Shown: positions 1 to 13,262 of the stretch, piece by piece
How the letters are laid out: each line of letters opens with the position of its first letter
Numbering within the stretch: position 1 is the stretch's first letter
Source: Podarcis filfolensis
Taxonomy: Eukaryota
Length of the DNA stretch: 64,000 bases
Assembly (NCBI GenBank): GCA_964270895.1
Contig: OZ185436.1
Reading direction: 5' to 3' (one strand)
Position numbers and translations under genes: made by a program
Notes under the pieces: generated by a model
The model's database searches: none
Told to the model about the DNA's origin: nothing
Seen by the model: only the letters and a program-made list of their open reading frames with translations

Positions 1-240
1 ATAAGACAGGAGGACGCAGTAGTAATTACTCCCAAAGTCTCTATGAACATATTCCCAGAGACTAAGGGACTTCATGTTCAGTATCATGACATGGGAATAA
101 GGCTTTGAGCTGGTTTATACATGTGTTCATCACTTGCTTACGATAGCATCAAGAGAAATTAGCCACCACGTGTTTATCATCACAGAAGAGAATTTTTCGC
201 TCACACAGCATTTCTTTTTTAAAGTGATGTTCTTTCACAC

Positions 241-420
241 ATAGGAAGCTTACACTGAGCTCAACTATAGCTCAGCATTGTCAACTTCTCCTCCCTACAA
301 CAAAAGGCAGCTCTCCTTGGTCTGGGGCGGAAGCCTTTTACATCACCTGCTACCTGAGCCTTTTAAATGAAAATGCCAGGGATCAGGAATTTTTGCATGC
401 AAGGCATGTGCCCTGTCACC
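241..420 (-). mobile_element. Degenerate Squam3-like SINE
   Basis: GCATGCAAAAATTCCTGATCCCTGGCATTTTC head remnant and AAGCTTCCTAT tail on minus. Confidence 0.55.
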
Positions 421-3400
421 AAGGTCCTGTACAAACCCTCATTGAAACCAGTGAAGTGCATGCATGGGGAAAGCAGCCTTTAGGGTGACCACTTTAGGAT
501 GGGTCCCCAGGCTCATTTTCTTTAGTCCACAGGGGATTGGTGGACAATGGGTTTCTCTATCAAGAAAGGGAAAGGTTTCAACCAATCATCATGCTTGAAC
601 TTCTAGATCAGTGGAATGAAGGCACTGGCCTTCTGGATTAGAGACATTAAGCCTGTGAGGCAGACAGCTTGCCAAAAGGGAGATTTTGTACATGTAGATG
701 GGCAATTGTGTGCCAAGGTGGTTTGAAGCTGTGGCATATTTTCCTCCCTGTAACTTTGCTTACATTTTCTTAAGGAAGCGCCTGACAGTTCTTGTCATTT
801 AAGGTCCCCCCCCCCAAGCCCTTTAGATGGCTCCTTCAGGGAGGGTAATTGGGCCATAATTTGTTTTTTATGTCAAGATGGCGTCAAAGATAAGGTGGAT
901 GTTTCGGAGTTTGGGGACTAAAGAGACAGGAGAAATCCTGACCTGGGCCCGACCTCGAAATAATGGCCAAAAGCCCCAGTAAGTAACAGTTGCAGGTGAA
1001 AGATTTACAGCCAGCGAGGTCTTTGATCCTCACCCATCCTTCCAGTCTCTCAGGACCTTGGCCAGCTTTCAGATAAAATAACTGCAATGTCTTTTTTGCA
1101 TTGCCTGCCCCTAGCCTTTCCCACATATGGGTCTACTGGAATCTCCAACCTAGACAGCCCATTCAGATCGAGTCTTCTGTGCTAGAGAGTCTTGTAACTC
1201 CTCTCTCGGCAGCCAAAAATGCTGTGAATTGATGAACTGATGGGAGAACACCCAGTAGGGCAAATCCTTCCTAGATAAAACACAAGTGAGACACCACATT
1301 GTTCTTTATAAAGGCTTTATTAAGTCAAACCGAAGTACTTTCCAAGGCAGCATAGATTGGTTGATTGCAAATGGTTTAGAAAATGGTTTAGGGTCTGCCA
1401 GTGCTATTTGTTGGGTTTTGATGTTACTGATGGAATGAAGTAATTGATGGATTTTCTATCTACACACCTAAGGCTCTTCATGCAAGTCAAGTGATCCCGA
1501 TTGACCCCATGCTGACCAGTGCACCAATACATTTTTAGTTTCTCTAAGGTCCATCTAACTCTGCTTAATGCTAACACAAACATGTCCCACAATACTGTAA
1601 CCACAACAAATTGACATTGAGCTTGGCTGAGCTCACAAATGGCAACAAGGAGCACAGAAAGCCATATCACAAGTGGTCCATTCAAAATGTGTCATCACTG
1701 TGGAACCTGGTTATTCTTCACAAAGTAATCAGTATTTGACAAAGCAGCTATATCAGAAATGAGGGAAATCATTTAATGTTATCATTAAAACAGTAGCAGA
1801 AGGAATAGTTTGGGTTTAAACAGTGCTGCTTCTGTACAATATATAGGAGGCATCCAGCTCAAATCTATGGCTCTATGATTTTTGAAAGATTAAGGTTAAA
1901 AACTATTTTGTCCTTTGAAATAAGCTTCTGTCTTTCTGCCTCATTTGCAAGGCATTTTATAATTTCTTTATCCTTTTAGTGAGTACATGGTTGAGATCAC
2001 TATATCCTTGCAGTAGGATGTGTTTCTTTTTCCATTAAAAAGATGTCTGCAGTGCTTTGTGGCTGTCCGTGCTGTTTCCCTGGTTTTTGACTAAGCTGCA
2101 GGGAACTGGGGAGGCTGGCTACACAGTGCCAGAGATTCATGCCTTGCTGATTTTCTTGTTAATGGAAACTCAACCTTAGAGAAATCACACACAGACCCTT
2201 TTCTGCACTAACCTCACCTTTTTTAAAAAAAATCAACTAATAAACAGCTGTTGGGAGTAGGGTAAGACAGCTTTCCTATCTTCCTGTGCTTATAGGAAAG
2301 CCTAGCTGAGGACATCTGTCTTGAGAGACAATGGCATGTGCCTCTTCTCTGGGGTGCACCTATATGGGTGATAATATTCCTCAAAGTTTAATCCATTTTC
2401 TATGTTCATTCCTCCTGTTCCTTTTAGTGCACCCTCATCTGTGCTGCTATAGAAACCGAAGCTGTAGGAACGTAATTAAAATACATACTAGAAAGCAGAT
2501 TTAAAAACAAGTTTAAGAAAAGCTGTGAGGGGGCAGGGTGGTGGAAGACTTTCTAATAGCCTGGGAAGATCTAAACCTGTCTCCAAAAGCAATGGAGACG
2601 TAAACTCAACTCCAGGTCTTGAATTAGTACCCTTAGAAAAACTAATTAGTCATCCCTTCTTATGTACACTGGGTAAATATAAAATATAAGCCTCAGCTAT
2701 TACTATAGACTCAAGCCTGTTTGATAACAGATTGCCTATAAAATAAACCCTCAACCATTAAATCTCCATTCATGTTCTCCACTATCCTCCAATCTGCCCT
2801 TTATAACAGGGATGCTGAGAAAAATCAAAGCCTGGCTTTTATCAAACGTTATGGAAAGGGTGGAGAAACAACTCCTTCAGGGATCCAATCCAATGTGCAT
2901 AGTGCCTTTCATTCTCAACCAGGCCATTTTAAAAAAGCCAGATTTTTTATGATATTCATATCCCTTAATACTGCATAATCCTACTTCCGGTATCTGACAA
3001 GCACTTCTATGGAAAGAGTCCTGTTTGTGACAGGAAAATGGCTGCAGTCCCTGTTAACAGCTGTGGAAAATGTTCCTTACCCAATCAGCAAAACACAGAC
3101 CTGCGGCTGAGAGGGATGGGGAGGGGCACAAACACTGCCAAGGTTATAAGGCTGCAAAACCAGCTGTGCTTGCTTAGATGCTGCTGCCCTCATATGGTGA
3201 AAAAGCATACAGGAGGGAAGTACACAGAATGATCACAGTCCAGTACTCAGATTATAATGCGCTAGTCTAGAACACTGATGCAGAAGTCACTCAGTTCAGA
3301 GATAGGTGGCTTGAAAGCTACATGCCTTTGCCCTAAGAATCCCAAGAACCAAGCTATGAGCATTATAATGTAAAGCTCTCAGAAAACAATCCATTTATAT

Positions 3401-4506
3401 AGTGGAAGCACACAATTTAACTATCCTTGGTGTGCTTTGTCCTTGGCGCCCCTTCTGCCAGCTTTAAGTGGATTCTCGAAGGCTCTTCTTGGTAACAATT
3501 TCTCAAAGGATAGTTAAAATGGCTGATTACTAACATAACACAAGCAATAGCCCAAAGAGAATAGAAGTGGTTTGGAACACTGAGTATAAATTTAAAAATG
3601 TGTCAAGTTTACAAGGACAGGCATTTCACTATACTTTATTTATGTATTTATTTTAAAAACAGAGCTCTGTGTTCTCTATAATGTTCAATGAATTCCTGCA
3701 ACTGAAATGTGACCTATTCTGACTATATAGTTGTGACAAGATTTTCAAGCAGTGCTTCCTGTTCAAACTTGTCAACATAAACAAATTGCTATTTTGCCTG
3801 TCATAAGACTAAACTCAAATTTCAACACAGATTTCAGATGATGCAGTGAAAATCTATAACGTGTACTAAGACAGCTTTATCCTGGAATATATTAGTAGTC
3901 TATGCACAAACACAATAATGCTATCTAATTTATGTTTGCGTGCATCCTGCACTCCCTAAAAGCTGCTCAGGGCAGCACAAATGGGCAGCTCTTGTTCTAC
4001 GCCGTACCTTTACCCATAGAACCATATAGGCTGAACCATATAGCGACTTATCCATATTCACAAAGTGAGCTTGTTGGCTGGCTGGGCCTTCAACACTGAT
4101 CTCCTCAGTCTTAGTCACAACACTCTATCCACTACACCATTTGCTATTTGTCATTGAGGGAAGCCACCTTTTTCCCTTTGCACCACCAGACAACTGCTCT
4201 TCAGCCTGTCCATGGTATTTGCTTGCACTTGAAATTGTAAGTCAGTTGGCAGACATCATGAGGTACATAATATGATTTGCTTCCAAGCTTTCAGTTTTCA
4301 AAATATGGAATACTGGTAAGCAACTGGGTATGACCAGGTCAAGTACAAAATGTCTGAAGTTGAGAAAAGGTTTTTTGCTTTTTCTTCCCGCATGGGTGAT
4401 GCAAGTGTCTTCCTATGCCCATCATTTGAGGATTTCAGCAAACATAGTATTAACACCTATAAATGAGTACATTTACAAGGAAAACTGCAACCAGCAAAAC
4501 TGATCA

Positions 4507-4512
4507 TTTATT
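4507..4512 (-). terminator. SAP30L: Probable SAP30L polyadenylation signal (AATAAA), implying a ~4.7-kb 3' UTR
   Basis: TTTATT on plus = AATAAA on minus, followed on minus by the GU/U-rich stretch GTTTTGCTGGTTGCAGTTTT; other AATAAA hexamers exist, so this is inferred. Confidence 0.5.
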
Positions 4513-7500
4513 AAAAATGCACCTCAGGCATTGACATCTTTGTCCAACAGCACAGAGTTTTAACTTACAGTGGAAGGAAGGATACACTATACATCTTAGA
4601 GAAAAGAACTCTACAGTTTCACTGTAAGTCACAAGGTTGCTTTAAGAGTACACAGTCATTATTTCACAATGAAAGCTTGCCTAAAACATTTGGCATAAAG
4701 ATCAGAACAAGACATTGAAGGCCCACCAGAATGAATGAAGGGGAAGGGATGTTGTTTTCCGCCAGTAAGCCTGTTATATGTCAAAGGGGTGTAAAACATA
4801 GATTAGCAGGTAAGTTGTCATGTTTTTCTAGTGTGTATCAGGACAAGAAAGGAGGGATGAAGGCAACGTAATAAAAGGCAAACTCCATAAGCTCATGTTT
4901 GAAAATTGTAAAAAAACCCAAAACTACACCTCAAAAACAACCAGCAGGAAAAAACTATTGCTAAGCATTTCATTGAAATTCTGAGTTTAAGGCATGAGCC
5001 CCTTCCCCTCCAGAAACATTTGAAATTCAACATCTAAGGTATTAATAAATGAGAATAGGTAAATTCTACAGAAGAGCAAGAATTATCCTGCACCACTATC
5101 ACACTTTTAAGAAACAAACAAATCCAAGCACACCCTTAGATTCACAACTGAGCATGTGGGATATTACAAGTGAGGGAACACTGATGTTCTGCTTCATTAT
5201 AGCAGGGCCCTTTAATCAATTGTTCCAGTACAGAGATACTTCTTTTAGGATAGCTGTCCTGAAGAGTCATCAGTCCCTCATCTCAACATACAGGGCGAAG
5301 TGACACTAGTGCACTGAATACAACAGTCTGCCTTTTAAGTCTTAGCAACTTTATCAAAATGCTTTTTTCTAATATGCCAAGGGGTTCCATCTTATTTACA
5401 TTAGAATTTATCAACACAAGGTAAAGTGCAAGGCTCCCAAACCCACCCACCCCCCACAAAAATTGCATTTGGCTAATATATAGTTATCACAAAATTTAAA
5501 ATACTGTTTTAGTAAGTTCTCTCTCAAGACAAGTCACCAATTGCTGCATTTCTGGGATATATCTTGCTCATGGCTTTTCAAGTCTGCTTTCGAAAATCTG
5601 AAAAAATATCCTAGCCATGAGCTACTTTGGCTTTGCTGACGTTTACACAGATACGTTTACTGATAAAATATTTCAGGTGGCGGGGGGAAAAAGGTTTGAT
5701 TGAATTAGTCTATGAATCTAAGACTTAGGAGTTCTGCAAGAACAACTGCAGGACTTAACTTCTGAATCATATTTCATGATATGCCTTGCAAGACAAAATC
5801 TGAAATTTAGTGCAGGAGTTTGATATGCAACATTTATATTGCAGAAACACACTTGGACTTGCTTGATTTAGTTTCTGACTATTTAATCAACTGCACAATG
5901 TATTCATAAAAGTGTCATTCCAGTGCTATAATTGTCATTGCACATTCCCCATCACTTTGCTCTTTCCTTCATTCAATTCAAGGGATGAACAAAAATCCTC
6001 GCACTACTACAACTACAACAACTAATGCACCGAGGACCACCACATTTGATGGTTAACTTCGTTATAGAAGATGTGCCACATTAAGTTCTTTGGCTCTGAT
6101 GCAAAGCCCATTAACAAAGATGGCCCTTCTGCTAGCTTTAAGTGGGTTCTTGAATGAGTTTGAAGGTTTCAAACAGATCTTCTTGCTTGGAGTTAAGTTT
6201 CATTCAGTATAGCTGTGGTCAGCAATATAATCTCCCACACCTAATCTTAAACGTGTGAACTGTCACACCCAAGCCACAGTTTGTAGCTGACTAGCTTAAA
6301 CCCCATGTAAACTATATAGTTGACAAGAATCAAGATAAAATGCAACCCACCAGTTTGTATGAACGAACATGTCAATGTGACTAAGTTCTCACATATTCTA
6401 TTAATTTTAGAATATCCTTCACATCCTTTGAAGCTCAAAAATGCTGATGAAGGTTTTATTAAAACCACAAGGAACTGGATAATTTCCTTAAATGGCACGC
6501 AGCATAATCTGCCATTACATTAAACAACTGCATTATGCCGGTTTTGGTGATTCTACACTAGATGTTCAAGAATCACAGGCTTCTCCCTGAATATAGATAT
6601 TGCTGTGAGCTGGATTCCTTTCTAGCATGACAAGCCATGAAAATGGCTTATTTTGTCTGCCATGACATTTGTTCAACCCTTGTTGGTCTAGCTGAAAATA
6701 AGGCATATAGAGATGTCTCTAAACTACAACAGGACTCAACAATTATGATATCAGCAATTGCTGATCTGCTTGTATAATGAATAACAATTACATTTTACAC
6801 CAATTAATTTATTTGGGGAAATGATTTCCTTGATTTGATTTCCAAAGCCATGCCTAAAGGGGTAGCACCTGCATTTTTCCATAGTCATTTTGAAGCTGGC
6901 TGCTGAAACCCTGCAGTTATTTATTTACAAAAAATGAGACCTAACACTAAAAAAATGTACATTTTTGGTCTAGAAGTGAGGCATACAGTGTGTGTCTCTT
7001 TGATGACCATGGCAAAATTCCTCTAACTGCAAACATGAATATTCTGACGATAAATCAAAAACTATGTCCTCAAGCTTCTGCTTATAAAGATTAATTGTGT
7101 TCTGGTGGTCAGTTCAATTCACTTTTCCCAGTGAAAAGAGAAGTGGCACTTTGTGTATCTGTTGGAAGTACATGGTAAATTGACATACCCTTTGCTGAAG
7201 CTGCCTGAAAATAACCACATTTAATGGTGGTATCCAATTAATTGAGAGAATATGTATTCATGACGCATATCCATTGTTTCTTGATCATCTATTTGCAACA
7301 GAAACAAACCATTGCAAATGAGTGTTGCATCTCTGAGACCAATTTTAGATTTTTCATGTGCTTTGTCAGATTGAAAAGTATTTAAAAAGATAAGGCTGCA
7401 TTGCACAACAAATAAATGTAAGGCTGAATTAAGCAGTATCTTTCAACACAGTTAATCACCATAGCATAACATGAGTTTGGGGTAGGGGAGAGATCTACTA

Positions 7501-8296
7501 TTAGGATGCCAAAATACTATTGAATGCTTGCCTATCACCTTATCATCTGAGAAATTATCTTTGGAATAGATTTTCGGCATCTTGCACCGTACACTCACCT
7601 CTTACTTGGATACAAGACTGATGGATTTCAGAGGTGCTTAAATCTGTGCTTTTATAAAACAAAGTCAAGGACTAGAGCAGCACAGGGCTGATATGATGCT
7701 CATAGTCTCCAAGTTGAATGTGAAAAAAAATGCGAAAACTACAAGAAACAGAGTGTTACAACTCTGACCTTCGGTGAAGTCTTACTTTAGACCAGGCAAG
7801 AGTAACTTGTAACTTACTAAGCAAAATACAGTTCACCATTCATGTTAAGCAGTCCATCAAGAGGTCAATAATCTGTATATGTTGTTGGCCAGGACATAAG
7901 ACGTTAGGTACCTGTAAGCCAAAGCTAGCAGGCCACAAGTTGTTGACTTATTTTAGACCATAGTGTTGCCTCCTCCACCGAAGAAAATGAGGAAGCTGTA
8001 CACATGTGCAGTGCATAAGGAATTCTGGATTGGATAAAAGGTGAAGAGCAACATGAAATTTAAACAATAGTAACTTTGTCACTGCACATTTCAGGTGGCT
8101 GCATGTAGGAGAGAGAAGTGGATTGGCACTAATTCTCATTTCCAAAAATTAGAGTGAGCAGACATCATAACTGCTGACATCATAACTGATGTTTTGCATT
8201 GTGTGCATTCAAATGTCAAAGCATCAGATAGGCTAATGGATATCTGCCTAACCAAGATCAGATTAGGTCTACAACTCAGTATTTGGTTACAGACCT

Positions 8297-8386
8297 GGGC
8301 TGCACTCCTACACTCATTTTTCTGGAAGTAGACCAGTGGAACTCAATGGGGCTTACTTCTGAGTAGATATATATAAAATTGTGCTG
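8297..8386. repeat. Short palindromic interspersed repeat (related copies near 19521-19610, 24236-24325, 27150-27235, 60700-60810)
   Basis: Shared CTCAATGGGGCTTACTTCTGAGTAG / GTCAATGGGCTTACTCCCAGGTAAG core. Confidence 0.5.
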
Positions 8387-9169
8387 TTAATCTGGTGCTT
8401 TAAATATTGATAAATGGCCCACAGTAACTTAAATAAAGCCATTTTTAGTATGGTGAAAAAACAGAATTAAATATGTGCACTGCACTTTGCAACAGCATTG
8501 GATAGCATGTCTAAATTCTAATAGCTCTCAATTAAATGATGCTTTTTAAAAAAACAACAACACCTGAACATTTAACATTTTAACTTTTGTGAATTCACAA
8601 AATAGAAGTTCCAGTAGCAAATAAGCAGAGTTGGACAGTTTTAGTATTCTATTAAGACCATATACATACAAAAAGGCGAGGTTTAAAAACTTCTAGCACC
8701 CATACATATTTTGTCTCAAAGCAAGTAATCCTGTATTAAATACAAGTGGTGACCACACTTAAAAACAGGAACCCCAGACCAAGATTTTTGAATCAAAATT
8801 CCAGGGTCATGCCTGACCTGGACCAAGTAAGTCCTAGAGCCCTATATGGATATGGTAGGATCCAGTAAAAGAATGATGAACTCATATCACATGTTGATAA
8901 TCAAGAGATTAATTTTAATCCTGTGGACAGGCATTATATTTGACTTCTTGATTTTTCCTGTGATCTCCATCCCTTCAGTCAAGTATTAGGCTTTGAAAAT
9001 TTTGGAATCATCACATATATTCATGTATTCTAATATTCTGGACCAAAAGTTTTCTGTATAATTTCTAGTTTGCACTTTAATTTACAAAAATGTTAACTCT
9101 TTTGTATTCATAATGCACCTGATGCTTCTTCAAATTCACATATGATTGTGTCCAAAACCTGCCTGATCT

Positions 9170-9295
9170 TCATTCAAGTTTGCTACTTTCTGACTTCTGA
9201 TCCAACCTACTCTTGTTACTCTTTACCATGTATATGAAGTATGCAAGTGTCTCTTTCTCATTCACTGGGATGTTCCTGAAGTGACGGCTGACAGT
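9170..9295 (-). CDS. SAP30L: SAP30L coding exon 4 (terminal; stop TGA at 9172-9170)
   Basis: ctttcag|ACT GTC... encodes TVSRHFRNIPVNEKETLAYFIYMVKSNKSRLDQKSESSKLE*; spliced CDS 186+123+99+126=534 nt, 177 aa. Confidence 0.97.
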   Translation of the reverse strand, partial: TVSRHFRNIPVNEKETLAYFIYMVKSNKSRLDQKSESSKLE

Positions 9296-9353
9296 CTGAA
9301 AGGACAAGAAAATTAGAAAGTTTTGTAATATGGAACTAGCACATGGTCTGTAC

Positions 9354-9487
9354 CAGGGATAGAGAACATGCAGTCATCCAGAAGTTGTTCAACTCCCAAC
9401 TCCCATCAGCCAGGACAATAGTCAGGGATCATGGAGTTGTAGTCCAACATCTGGACTGCATCTGGATCACAGGCTCCCTATCCCTTG
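9354..9487. mobile_element. Degenerate hAT palindromic MITE in SAP30L intron 3
   Basis: CAGGGATAG ... CTATCCCTTG ends and the CAACTCCCATCA / TGGAGTTGTAGTCCAACATCTGG core. Confidence 0.7.
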
Positions 9488-10656
9488 GCTGTGGTTTAGT
9501 CACAGATGGCTCTTCAAGGTCTATTGCATGTTGAATGTGCTTGAAATTTCTTTTCATCTCAATATTTCATGGAACGCTAAGGAGAAACGACAGTTGATAT
9601 TTCCTATGACATGCAAAGCAGAAAATGAACCTATAGTACACATAACAACACCTTGCAGAAGCCCCTGAGAAACATAATGACCTACAGTGTAAAACAGAGA
9701 TTACCCACTTGAACAATTATAGATGTCAGTTGATAAATCATACAAAACTTCAAGCCTGGTTGATAGCCTGGTGTTTGTGAGAGGAGGGTATTGGTTTGTA
9801 CTTTGTATTTTGGGTTCTCATTTTGTATTTTGATGTTGTGAACTGCCCCTGTGATCTTCAGATGAAGGCCGGTGTACAATTTTATTAATAATGATAATGA
9901 TAATAATGTTTGGTGTTGGTAAGAAAAGCATGGCCTGGAAGAAAAGCATAATTTCCTTAAACGAACATGTGCTTTTGCCCACAGTTCCCTCAAGTTTCTT
10001 TTTAATGGACCTGTAATTTAGGTACTGGCCAACACTTTCAAGAACTGAATCAAATCCTCAGTTTGTTAACTGTCAATGCTCCTGTGCCAGGCAAAAGACA
10101 CAGACACAGGCAAAAGTAAATTAAGAACAAACCTCAACTTACCATCATATTTTGTTAGTAAAACAAACCATAAACACTGGTTCATATGTCATGGCAGGCC
10201 AGCCTCTAGACTGTTCCCTTTGTTCAGGAAAGCAAGGAGCAGTGGGGGAGCATCACAAGGACTTGAGCAATGTGCTGTGCACAGGCATGCTACTCTTTCA
10301 TATTAAACCACAGTTTAATTTAAACTATGGATTAATATGACATGTGACTGATGCAACATATGTAAACAAGAGAATGTTATTTGGTGGTGGTTTTTCCCTC
10401 TCAAAAAACTTGAACAACAAGAGAAGAAAATCAGCTTAATTTATTAGCTGAAGCATTTCAGGTCCTTTCACATTTTACCCTTTGAGAAGCGCTAAGTATA
10501 CAACTGAAGGCAGTGGTGCCATACTGACAATGTGTAGCTACAATAAGTAGCTACAATTACAAGTCAGTATTACTATAATAAAAATAAATAAGTTTGGTTG
10601 TGGTGGGTAAGCACGGTTCATATAATGAAAGCACAGAAGCTTGCTAGCCAACTTAC

Positions 10657-10755
10657 TTCTGCCAGCTGAGCTTTATTCAGGCCAGGTCTGGTTTGCAACT
10701 TGTAATGCCTTTTATAACGACGCAGTGTGTTTACCTGAAGTTGAAACAAGTCGAC
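10657..10755 (-). CDS. SAP30L: SAP30L coding exon 3 (99 nt; Sin3-binding region)
   Basis: ttttgcag|GTC GAC... encodes [33 protein letters not shown]; donor GAA|GTAAGT. Confidence 0.97.
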
Positions 10756-11124
10756 CTGCAAAAAAGATGGCATGACTGACAATTAAAAGGTATAGTCTTT
10801 TTAAAAATATGCATCTACTCTAAGAAGAAATCTGTAAGAAACATCACCTGTTTCAAGGCAAGGAATTCCTGTTCAAGATACACAAAACAGGTAACTAGCA
10901 TATAAATAGTGGGACACCAACAGCTCTGCAAGCACCTTACTTCCCTGTACTTTCAACAGAATGGTCTCTCCATTTTGTATGCGCTCTCTGGATTGTAGCC
11001 ACCATATTGGTGAAGTGATGCGAATACACTATCCCAGTCATTTCTTTGGTGATACAGCAGGGTCACATTAGACTATTCTTATTTGCCCTCTTAAAAGATT
11101 AAGGCTTGGATCTAGAGTTCCTGT

Positions 11125-11320
11125 GAGAGGGCAAGCCAGAGGTCAGTGGTAGAGCACATGCTTTGCACACAGACAATCGTGCATTTCATCTCCAGTATCA
11201 CCAGATTGTTCTGGGAGCGATTTTTGTCTGAAACCCTGGAGAACCACTGTAAGTCAGAATGGACAATGCTAAGTCAGGTGAACCAATAGTCTCAGCGTAA
11301 GGCAGCTGCCATGGTTTCTA
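11125..11320 (+). mobile_element. Squam3-like tRNA-derived SINE (SAP30L intron 2)
   Basis: GGTCAGTGGTAGAGCACATGCTTTGCA head; CTGAAACCCTGGAGAACC body; TAAGGCAGCTGCC tail. Confidence 0.7.
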
Positions 11321-11739
11321 ACTTGCTTATAGGCCACTGGAGGGAGGGAGATAAATTTTCACCAGTTACCCTTCTCACCTGCAGGTCCCACGATTCAGAG
11401 TGTTGGGGGACCGTTCAGATAAATATGGGTGGTGGTAGTGTAAAATTGGTGAAAATCTCTTCCTCCTGCAGGAGCCTCTATTCCACAATAGTCTATTCCA
11501 CAAATGGAAGAAGCCCTTCAACTCACTGAGGGGAACTCTGGATGCAACCCTATATCCTTATTTAACTTTCATTAAAACAATGTGATGTTCAAACAATCCC
11601 TAGCACTTCTTTTATTGATATGCTGCTATGTACAGGTGAATGCCTTCTGAGCCAACTTTTAAATGCCTGTTGGAAACTTTTCTATTCTGTCAGGTTTATG
11701 CAGGCAATTAAGAGTGCACCCCCCAAGATGGGCCACTGA

Positions 11740-11906
11740 TTTTTTAAAAATTCCTTTTGCTTTTAACTTGCTTTTAACTTTATATTATTTATTGTCTGGT
11801 TTTATGTTTTTTATATTGCTGTAAAATGCTGTGGAATATTTTTATGATACAGGATAGAAATGTTTTTATAACTAACTAACTAACTAACTAAATAAATAAA
11901 TAAAAT
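11740..11906 (+). repeat. L2-like 3' UTR stub with (TAAC)n(TAAA)n tail (similar stubs near 9790-9908, 26985-27098, 44315-44406, 54690-54840)
   Basis: T-rich TTTTATATTGCTGTAA stretch followed by a simple-repeat tail. Confidence 0.5.
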
Positions 11907-12733
11907 ATAGCCTGTTGAAGAAGTTGCATTTTTAATTACTTGTGTTTCAATCATAATTTGAGAAGTACAAAAACCATCATAACTTGTGAACGTATATGTC
12001 ACAAAGAGCAGGCTTTTCAAGCACTAAGTAAAAATCAGAAAGCATATCTCTTATCCAGATCTTTCCCTTCTGTAAACAAGTTTGTCACTTGCTTATTTAT
12101 TATTTATTTAAGCCTTTTATACCCTACCTTATATCTTGCCCAAAAGGCTCTAAGAGTGACCTAAAAAAATCAGTACCAAGATGGTCCTTACCCTTAGGCT
12201 CATAGTCTAAAAATGCATGACACACAAGGGAAAGGGAAAAGCAAGCTCAAGCACAAGTTATAGTCCTTATAATGTAGTGGCTGTTCTGTCTATGCTGATT
12301 AGCGCTGTCTAAAAGAGTAGCCACTTTTGACCCATGTCAGTTCTGGCTGTCTTGCCCTACCCCCTCAGTTCTATTCTAGGAGCAGACCTGGTGACAGTAT
12401 CCGGGCCAGAACAACTCCTGACACATAGGTCTTTCCTGAGATAGCTGATCAGATGAGTTAAAATCACCACAGTAGTAAAATGTGATAGTAAAATATGATA
12501 GTAAAATGTGATGGACAGTTTCTTTATAAAGTAGTACAAAAGTACACTAAATTTTGCAGGAAAGCAGGTTAGTTGTGTGTAGCCTACAAGAGCTCTGTTT
12601 TCTCTAAAAGCAACCTGTTCTTACAAATTAAATTTCCGAAAATTAATTTTCCTAAACGATAAGAGGCTGTTGGAGGTGAAGGCACAGGGATTATAACCTT
12701 ACTTATTTACTATGTAACCTTCAGGCTGTAGAT

Positions 12734-13062
12734 CAGAAGTGAGGACCCTCACATCTGGTGGTCAAATGTGGCCCTTCATGTCTTTTGGGATTATTTCCAG
12801 ACCACAACCCTTCCTACTCCATACTCTATCCCCAGGCTACATTGTGGCTCTGCCCCCTCATCAAATGCTTTTAACTGACTGGAATGTGTCCTTGAAGTGT
12901 ACCTTTTGCTTGCCTGGATGGAAGATAGAGAGGTGTGGGGGTGTGGCTGCAGAAACCTTGGAATTACACTTGTTGCACCATCCACCCACCACTGGTATGT
13001 GGCCTGCAGCAGGTTGTTCATGAGAAACTTCAACCCTCAGGTTGAAAATGGTCCCCCACGAG
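12734..13062. mobile_element. Degenerate hAT (Charlie-like) non-autonomous element in SAP30L intron 2
   Basis: Subterminal ATGTGGCCC motifs at both ends and a GGTTGAAAATGGTCCCCCAC terminus typical of hAT MITEs. Confidence 0.5.
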
Positions 13063-13139
13063 GTTGACCAAGATGAATGAAAATACAATCAGGGTCAAAC
13101 AGAAATTGCAACAATCTCCAATTTAATTATGCTACGTAC

Positions 13140-13262
13140 CTCTGGGACATCAATCTCATGCTCTGGAGAGTCTCCCCCATCATCACTGGTCTTCCTCTTT
13201 CTTTTGTTTCGAACACTCTGAATGAAGTTCTTGTGGAAATCACATATATACAGATGTCCTAC
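13140..13262 (-). CDS. SAP30L: SAP30L coding exon 2 (123 nt; rest of zinc finger plus polybasic NLS RNKRKRK)
   Basis: ttgttag|GTA GGA CAT CTG... encodes VGHLYICDFHKNFIQSVRNKRKRKTSDDGGDSPEHEIDVPE; donor GAG|GTACGT. Confidence 0.96.

Noticed and set aside
9080-9172. Stop-codon read-through or selenocysteine at the SAP30L TGA
   Set aside because: The context is TGA-AGA, not TGA-CTAG; no SECIS was recognised, and the C-terminus matches the expected orthologue end.
11125-11200. tRNA gene
   Set aside because: Only a decayed A-box-like head of a SINE (likewise at 31114 and 420); no intact B box or cloverleaf.
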